DNA of 64,000 nt. Origin: Cyanophora paradoxa CCMP329. Lineage: Eukaryota > Plantae > Glaucophyta. Where the stretch lies: NCBI GenBank assembly GCA_004431415.1, contig QPMI01000160.1, positions 1 to 64,000 on the forward strand. The letters are read 5' to 3'. The first letter of the stretch is position 1. Every line of letters begins with the position of its first letter. The notes under the pieces were generated by a model that worked only from the letters and a program-made list of their open reading frames with translations, ran no database searches and had not been told where the DNA came from. Below are positions 57,744-64,000 of the stretch, in pieces. Position numbers and translations under genes: made by a program.

Positions 57744-58947
57744 TCAAAGGAGAATGGAGCTGGAAGCGTCGCGGGGCGCTAGCCCTTGGCTGGTTGGGCG
57801 ACCCGCTCGCAGCTCGGACTGCGGCACGCTGCTCGCGAGCGTGGTCGTCGTGACGAGTGAGCTGTTGGAGTCGCGATCATCGATATCGCCGCGATCGCGC
57901 GGCTCGGAAGCGGCGGTGGCCCGCGGTCGCCCCGCGGCTGGGCAATTCGGAGCGCCCAGGGGCATGTTGGGGACGGGCAGCACGTAGCCGGCGCTGCTGA
58001 ATGCGTAGCGCGACGTGTCGGACAGTCGACGGTGCGCTTGCGGCGACTGCGAGTGCTGATTAAAGAGGCTGGTACGGCGCGCGGCCGCGGGCGCCGGGGA
58101 TGGGGCTGCGGATCGGGAGGAGAGTGGGGCGCGGGGGGGCGATCGCGGGGGATACTGGTCGAGAAGGTCGGTGCGGCGCGCGGGCGCCAGGGACGATCTG
58201 GAGGGGGCGGAGGAGGGAGCGCGCGGAGTCGACGTGGCTGCGAGTTCCGCGGCTCTAGATCTCGCGTTGGCGTTGTTGGCGGCGGCAGGACCCAAGGTCG
58301 AGCGCGCGCTGACTGCGACGTCCACGTCCACGTCGACGTCGCGGACGTCGATCCCTCTCATTTCGCTGCAGCTGCGCGGCCGCTGCATCTGCGCAGCCGC
58401 GCGGGGAGAGTCCCTGACCGCGTGCTTGGCGGCAGCCGGCGGCGACCTGTCGGCGAGTGCCGGCGACCCGACCATCCCCGCCGGTATGGTCCCTCCGGTT
58501 GAGATTAGGGAATCCCTTCGCACGCGCCGCTGCAGCTTCTGCAACTGCACGGGCGTCAGAAATCCTCGAGGCTTCCGCATTGAATAGCATGACGAGTTCG
58601 GTGCAGCGGGACAAGCTTAAGCCTAAGCGTCTCATGATCACCTTGAAGAAATAGCGAGCAGTGAGAAGGGCAACCGCCATCTGCCCACCGAACTGCGGAG
58701 AATCCCGATCAGCTCACGTGAGTTTCGAAATCCATCGGGAATTAAACGAACGGCAATGGCGCTCTGCGTGAGAGCCGCCAAGTCAGCCAGCATGTCGACG
58801 AAGCTGGCTTTCGTTTTGCGGTAAACCTGATCGTGGGAGCAATCGTTCATTGAACGACATCCAACGAATAAGAGAATTCGAAGCGCTGGGTGTACCCTGA
58901 CGTAGACGTTGTCGATGTTGAAGAGGGCGCGGAAGCCAACCGACTCG
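57744..58947 (-). CDS. 3' exons of a host gene of unknown function whose upstream intron runs into the viral element
   Basis: Acceptor tgcgcag| near 58948, then segments VGFRALFNIDNVY.., VYRKTKASFVDMLADL, AVALLTARYFFKVIMRRLGL and a Ser/Pro-rich tail. No start exon is visible before the composition switch. Confidence 0.4.
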
Positions 58948-58955
58948 CCTGCGCA

Positions 58956-59028
58956 ACACATAGGGATATGCCAGATCCAAGCCCTCGGGCTTCGCCCTCT
59001 GGCTTGGATCTGGCATATCCCTATGTGT
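58956..59028. repeat. Perfect 28-bp-stem hairpin at the host/virus junction
   Basis: acacatagggatatgccagatccaagcc - 17-nt loop containing gggc-ttc-gccc - ggcttggatctggcatatccctatgtgt. Confidence 0.95.
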
Positions 59029-59106
59029 GCGCGTTTTAGGCACTAGGGTAGTAAGCATCTATTTTAGGTCTTAGGGTAATAAATATGTCTTTTTGGCACC
59101 AGCAAG

Positions 59107-59220
59107 GGGTGTTGAGGGTGTTGAGGGTGTTGAGGGTTGTTTGTAAACTTTCTTATGAAAATTCTCTCTCGCGGGAATTTTTACATATAACCCTCAACAC
59201 CCTCAACACTCTCAACACCC
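59107..59220. repeat. Inverted arrays of 9-bp iterons (gggtgttga)x3 / (tcaacaccc)x3 around an AT-rich core
   Basis: 59107-59138 is the reverse complement of 59189-59220 with one mismatch. The core contains aaaattc..gaatttt. Confidence 0.9.
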
Positions 59221-59224
59221 TCTC

Positions 59225-59635
59225 TTAAACCTCAAACCTCCTCTTCTCATGGTGTAATCTCTTTTTGATCACTGCCCCAAAACCAATAGCATACTTGTTT
59301 ATCTCCTCCTCCAGCTCAAAAGCAATTAAACTTGTATTCCTTTCTGCCTGTTTTCCACAGCTGAATATATCTATTGCTAACATGCCTTGATCACTGTAGC
59401 AATGAGCAGAGCAATGGCTTTCATCTAATAATAATACTTGGGCAAATCCAGGGGGTGATTTGGTGCCATCAAAAATCTCAGCATGTTTGTGGACAACCTG
59501 TATTCCATATTTCTTGATGATGTCTTCACTGACATTCATGAGCCATTTAGAGAGCTCCACATGGTCGCTAATTGGTTGGCTGAATTGGAAATCAAGCATC
59601 ACATGGTAACCTTTGGCAAGCATTTTGATTACCAA
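59225..59635 (-). CDS. speD: S-adenosylmethionine decarboxylase proenzyme, prokaryotic class I type
   Basis: GYHVMLDF, PGFAQVLLLDESHCSAHCY (E-S-H pyruvoyl autocleavage site) and AIDIFSCG. The start may be Met at 59623. Confidence 0.88.
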   Translation of the reverse strand: MVIKMLAKGYHVMLDFQFSQPISDHVELSKWLMNVSEDIIKKYGIQVVHKHAEIFDGTKSPPGFAQVLLLDESHCSAHCYSDQGMLAIDIFSCGKQAERNTSLIAFELEEEINKYAIGFGAVIKKRLHHEKRRFEV

Positions 59636-59669
59636 TAGAATAGAAAAAACAATAAGACATCTGACGATT

Positions 59670-60510
59670 TAAGGCAAAGGATCACTTCCACCAATGGATT
59701 GTATAAATTGGTGGTTAGATACTGTCCATATCGATTTCCTCTTGCGATTTCATCATTTCTTTCAGCATACATAATTACTGTGTAAGTCCCTTGTTGTGTG
59801 GCTCTTATAATATATTGGTCATCTTGTGTGTCAAGCAGGGCAATGAATGAAAAGCAAGACCGAAATTATCTACTGGGACTACTTGGACTGTAATACGGGT
59901 CTTGCTCCATCAGTTCGTCTACATAATGAGTAAATATCAGCAGGCAATGTCTCAATATACCTATAATGATTTCCCAAAGGCTCTAATACATCCAGAACGG
60001 CTGTTTGAAGGTTTATAATAATCGTATTGATTTTTATAATGTAGGGCTCATTCATACCTGGGACATATGTCCTGATTCTTGTATTTACATCATCAGGATT
60101 GGGTTGATCATTTACTAACAGGGGCGCTCCAATAATTCCACCAACCCTTAAACCATCTCCAATATAGGCGCCTCCTGATCTACATTTAATTGCTCCCCTT
60201 CTTGCCTCATAGGCAAAGTTTGTTACCTTGTTGTCATCATTGTAACTATCAGGATCTCCATGAAACGCATTGAAATTCGCATTTGTTACAAGAAGTTTTG
60301 TAGTTTTAACGACCCATTATTTTTGTCACATCTCAATTCTCTTAGTCTTAGCATGTGAGTGTCGCCAAAAGTATTAAGAGTTGGTGCTATCTCTGTGGAT
60401 TCAAGGCCATCAACATTATCAATAATAGCATGTTGTAAAACGTGATTGGCTGGAGCAGCTAATGATAGTTGGGCTGTTAAAATGCGTTCAGGTGGAGCAG
60501 GAGCTGCCAT
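59670..60510 (-). pseudogene. Frameshifted paralogue of the upstream 281-aa viral protein
   Basis: GLESTE..RLRELRCDKNNG, then after a frameshift VVKTTKLLVTNANFNAFHGDPDSY..RSGGAYIG..YSLCR..ATQQGTYTVIMYAERND, colinear with 60530-61375. Several single-base deletions. Confidence 0.7.
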
Positions 60511-60529
60511 TTAATGTATCAAAACATAT

Positions 60530-61375
60530 TTATGGTGTGGGATCATTCGGGAATGGATCGTCGTAGAAGTTGTTTAAGTTATTATCTGGATTTAGACCAC
60601 GCGAAGATGCCCATGCTGCTTGGTCTGTTCTCAATCCAATTATAAGAACATCGTAGTTTCCAGTTTCTGTTGCGTAAAAATCAAAAGATTCCGGTTGAGC
60701 AAGATTTTGGAATAGAACCCAACCCCTCCCACGACCCATACTCTGAACATAGAAAGTATAGGCTGGACCTAACAGACCATTTTGTGATCTACACATTGCG
60801 TGAAGGGATCTGGGGATTGGAATATTTGGATAATACCAATCACCAGCTATTCCATTTGGCTGAGTTGCTGTGACATTTGTTAGCTCAACACGAACCTGCG
60901 CCATTGCCCAAGCTTCAGCACCACATGGATTATACATTCGAATTCGTTGTGGATTATCCTCATTTTCTGGTAAAGTGTCAGGAATGTCATTGACTGAAAC
61001 AGATGAACTAAGCATTCCTGATACTCGACAACCGCCACCAATAATTGCTCCTCCTGATCTCACAACAGCAGCAGCGCGTTCACCATCAAAATCAAACCCT
61101 CTAAGGTCCACACTATAGGAATCCGGCTGCCCTATAACAGCATTGAAGTTCGCATTCGTTACAAGGAGCTGAGTTGTTTTTACCACACCCGAATTTTTAT
61201 CCGCGCGTAGTTCTTTTACACGAATCATGCTGTTTTTATCAAAAGCATTACCAGAATTGGCTCGTTCTGTGGATTCAAGTCCACGAATTTCATCAGACAC
61301 TTCGTGTTGTCTAAAATGAATTGCTGGACTCCCCAATGCGTAAACTGGTAATTGGACTCGATTATATTCGCCCAT
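60530..61375 (-). CDS. Viral hypothetical protein, possibly virion/fibre-associated
   Basis: Clean 281-aa intronless ORF. VRSGGAIIGGGCRVSG and the C-terminal FYATETGNYDVLIIGLRTD resemble motifs of viral fibre-associated proteins (inference). Confidence 0.75.
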   Translation of the reverse strand: MGEYNRVQLPVYALGSPAIHFRQHEVSDEIRGLESTERANSGNAFDKNSMIRVKELRADKNSGVVKTTQLLVTNANFNAVIGQPDSYSVDLRGFDFDGERAAAVVRSGGAIIGGGCRVSGMLSSSVSVNDIPDTLPENEDNPQRIRMYNPCGAEAWAMAQVRVELTNVTATQPNGIAGDWYYPNIPIPRSLHAMCRSQNGLLGPAYTFYVQSMGRGRGWVLFQNLAQPESFDFYATETGNYDVLIIGLRTDQAAWASSRGLNPDNNLNNFYDDPFPNDPTP

Positions 61376-61424
61376 TGCTTCTTTTACTAAGAAGGATAGA
61401 AAAATAAACGAATATCTAAGTTAA

Positions 61425-64000
61425 TTATGGTATTCCATATGCTGTCCAATGGATTGTGCAAGTGATACTTCGGCTTGAAGATAGAGTAGGGGATGCTATG
61501 AATGTCACATAAATTGTTGTATAGTTAGATGTGGAGTTTGAGATTCCAATTCTAAAATCTACATCTCCGGGGTTTGTTGCAGGAGTTCCTTGAAGTGTGG
61601 CATTTACAACAGGTGTTTGTGTGTAAAAAGCAGGATTCCAATGTAAAACATATGCATGCTGTGTTGTTTGACCCGCGCTTATCACACCACTTGTAGCTTC
61701 GTATTTTCCTGATTTGAAACGTCTTTCTATATCATACCATGTTGGAAGTTGGCTAATTGTGTTGGTTGTTCCCGCATTCATTGCATAAAATGCTCTCGCA
61801 TAAGCATTTCCGCGACACAGTAGGGTTTTATCATAAAAGTTTGTGGAATTGTGGAAGAACCAAGTCTCCTCATTTGTTGGTGATGCGGGCGTTACTATTG
61901 AACCCGATCCTACATACATGGTATTATTTGCTGTGATCGTATTGGCTGTGAACGGGTCTAAACTTGGGAAATCCGTGATTTCCGATTTGGTATGAGTATG
62001 GGCGAAATCTGTTATTTGCGCTCTTGTATGGGTATGTGCAAAATCTGTGATTTCTGATTTAGTGTGGGAATGAGGTCCAACTGATGTTGAAGCTGTTGGT
62101 TTCCCATAAATATTATCCCAATGCAAGTATCCACTGTGTGAGGATACAGCAGGGTTCTTGCTCCAACCTACAAGACCCACAAGGTAAATCCTTCCTATTC
62201 GCCCTTGAACACCCACTTTACTCAGCCCTTCACAATTTACCCCGACATATTGCCTATACTCTACACTTGGGTCACTACCAGGAGAATAAGCATTTACTCT
62301 CGAAAGAGTATAGGAATTGGTTGATGGATAAACTCCTACAACATCAAAGTATCTACTATTGTATTGACACACATAGAAGATATAGCATGTTTTCATTCCC
62401 GCGGGGACAGTCCATAACATCTTGTAGCCACTACAATCTTCATCACCAGAAGCCCATGTGTTTGCTCCTGAGTAAGGAGATATAAATGTGAAAAATCTCC
62501 AATCGCCTGTGCGATCTGTGGAAAGACCATTTGTGGCATCAAAGTTAATGGGAGATGTGTATGTTGGTTTATTTATAAGATCATCATAATTCCCTGTTGT
62601 TGCAACTGTTGCTAAGGTGGGTCTATCCGTAATATGGCTCCATAAATGTGTATGTAGGGATGGTGGAAATGTTAAAGGTTTATCTGTAATATCCTCCCAT
62701 AAATGATTGTGAGTTTGAAGTGCGACTCCCAATTCTGTTTCATCCACATAGTTTTTACTTTGCAAATAATCATCTGTGACTACACCCGAAAGGGTCTCAT
62801 TGTGTAAGTTTTTCGCCGCCATTCTCTGATTAACTTCTAAGGCGCCACCTGCTAATGTTTTAATCCACGCCATCTCACATTTCCCGAAATCATCTTTTGG
62901 CTGTCCCGCAAGAGGTGCATAATTGAATTTGGAGCGACTAAATATTATTTTCGGTCTTGATCCATCGGTTGCGCTTACATCTGTTACGTTTACTTGTAAA
63001 ATGGCGTCTTTATCATCATAGCTTACTGGATCTAATGGAAGTGGAGGTAGACCTGCTGTTAATGGGATGTCATTGTTGTAATAACTTGTCAAAAAGATTC
63101 CTGGTTTGGTATCTATAACCCCCACCCCACCTGCTGAAACCATTTGTATTCTTGAAGGTTGTTTAATGTATAATTCGCCATCCATTGTGGTGCCTGCTTC
63201 AATTCCTTTTCGGTGTAAGTAGTAATCACTTAATTGTAATCTTTCAGGAATGGTGTCACTCTGATAGAAACTAACCCCATAAAATCCATCACCATTAACA
63301 ATATCACCTGTCGATGCAAAACGTGGTTTTTCATCTATTTCGTTCCATGGATGTCTGTGGTTAGAATTTGTGATTTGCGAATAATCATGAGTATGTGAAT
63401 CCGGAGGGAAGGTTAACGGAGGATTTGTGATATGCTCCCACAGATGTGTATGGGCGAAATCTGTGATTTGATCTTTTGTGTGAGTATGGGCGAAATCTGT
63501 GATTTGATCTTTTGTGTGAGAATGGGCGAAATCTGTGATTTGATCTTTTGTGTGAGTATGGGCGAAATCTGTGATTTGATCTTTTGTGTGAGAATGGGCG
63601 AAATCTGTTATTTGATCTTTTGTGTGAGTATGGGCGAAATCTGTTATTTGATCTTTTGTGTGAGTATGGGCGAAATCTGTGATCTGATCTTTGGTGTGAG
63701 TATGGGCGAAATCTGTAATTTGCGCTTTCGTGTGTGTGTGGTTTTGTATCCAACCTTGAACCACATTCGATGTTGGATGATGTGGTAAATTCGCATTACT
63801 TGTTACTGTGAGATTATCTATTATTGTTTCATGTGATATTATCTTTAATGCTCTGTAAAGTGTAAGAGATTGAGTGATTGGAAATCCATACATCATTTGG
63901 ATGTAATATCTTACTTCTTGTTTTTCTGCTATTGTCAATGCTCTATTGAAGACAAGCAATTCACTTATCGCCCCACCACCAATTGTCCCTAACCCAAAGT
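61425..64000 (-). CDS. Fibre/adhesin-like protein: end of a LamG-like domain, HxH repeats, lectin/gp53-like C-terminus (5' truncated)
   Basis: Frame is open to the window edge (..GAISELLVFNRALT..YIQMMYG). Contains 12-aa H(T/S)HTKDQITDFA repeats, HLWxxITxxP repeats, LATVATTGNYDDLINKP and C-terminal TPVVNATL..IHWTAYG. Confidence 0.85.
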   Translation of the reverse strand, partial: FGLGTIGGGAISELLVFNRALTIAEKQEVRYYIQMMYGFPITQSLTLYRALKIISHETIIDNLTVTSNANLPHHPTSNVVQGWIQNHTHTKAQITDFAHTHTKDQITDFAHTHTKDQITDFAHTHTKDQITDFAHSHTKDQITDFAHTHTKDQITDFAHSHTKDQITDFAHTHTKDQITDFAHTHLWEHITNPPLTFPPDSHTHDYSQITNSNHRHPWNEIDEKPRFASTGDIVNGDGFYGVSFYQSDTIPERLQLSDYYLHRKGIEAGTTMDGELYIKQPSRIQMVSAGGVGVIDTKPGIFLTSYYNNDIPLTAGLPPLPLDPVSYDDKDAILQVNVTDVSATDGSRPKIIFSRSKFNYAPLAGQPKDDFGKCEMAWIKTLAGGALEVNQRMAAKNLHNETLSGVVTDDYLQSKNYVDETELGVALQTHNHLWEDITDKPLTFPPSLHTHLWSHITDRPTLATVATTGNYDDLINKPTYTSPINFDATNGLSTDRTGDWRFFTFISPYSGANTWASGDEDCSGYKMLWTVPAGMKTCYIFYVCQYNSRYFDVVGVYPSTNSYTLSRVNAYSPGSDPSVEYRQYVGVNCEGLSKVGVQGRIGRIYLVGLVGWSKNPAVSSHSGYLHWDNIYGKPTASTSVGPHSHTKSEITDFAHTHTRAQITDFAHTHTKSEITDFPSLDPFTANTITANNTMYVGSGSIVTPASPTNEETWFFHNSTNFYDKTLLCRGNAYARAFYAMNAGTTNTISQLPTWYDIERRFKSGKYEATSGVISAGQTTQHAYVLHWNPAFYTQTPVVNATLQGTPATNPGDVDFRIGISNSTSNYTTIYVTFIASPTLSSSRSITCTIHWTAYGIP
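63445..63742 (-). repeat. 36-bp coding tandem repeat (about 8 units; 3 more at ~61970-62075)
   Basis: gggcgaaatctgt(g/t)atttgatcttttgtgtgag(t/a)at units, encoding HTHTKDQITDFA. Confidence 0.95.

Larger units (their letters stand above)
59030..64000 (-). mobile_element. Endogenous dsDNA viral element (Polinton-like virus / virophage / giant-virus type), continues beyond window
   Basis: Abrupt switch to AT-rich DNA, with intronless, co-oriented, tightly packed ORFs, a prokaryotic-type speD and fibre-like proteins. No capsid, ATPase or integrase in the window, so the class is unresolved. Confidence 0.75.

Noticed and set aside
59034-59085. Telomeric repeat remnant (ttagg/ttaggg)
   Set aside because: Only scattered single units, not a tandem array.

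Overview
Eukaryotic nuclear DNA from a GC-rich, intron-dense protist. An MAF-type plastid transit peptide suggests a glaucophyte or red-lineage alga (inference). The window has four zones. (1) 1-20.2 kb is a visibly lower-GC, gene-dense island of short-intron genes, mostly in divergent pairs. It is dominated by a family I do not recognise: six paralogues fuse a histone H3 N-terminal tail-like peptide (no histone fold) to a ~100-aa domain with a ubiquitin-like beta-grasp pattern, and a seventh tail-less gene has two copies of that domain. One copy carries an H3K9M-type change. The island also holds a Ulp1/C48-like protease, a probably inactive WRN/EXD-like exonuclease, and a repeated ~315-bp element between head-to-head genes. 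This is the best candidate for an undescribed system (histone-tail decoys). (2) 20.9-24.9 kb is a nest of three DNA transposons: a TA-flanked MITE, a CACTA/CMC-like element with a CAT TSD, and a second MITE. (3) 26.5-58.9 kb holds host genes: an ADCY10-like cyclase-STAND-TPR protein, a plastid-targeted DUF3598-like protein, a SABATH methyltransferase, a mitochondrial carrier with C-terminal EF-hands, an LRR-SAM-TIR protein and two tRNA-Arg(ACG) genes. (4) From ~59.0 kb to the end is an AT-rich, intronless endogenous viral element with a junction hairpin, inverted iterons, speD, two paralogous virion-like genes and an HxH-repeat fibre protein. Many single-base deletions, often in homopolymers (4.8-10 kb, 23-24 kb, 59.7-60.5 kb), may be long-read assembly errors rather than true pseudogenisation. 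All family assignments come from motif recognition by eye, not from database searches.
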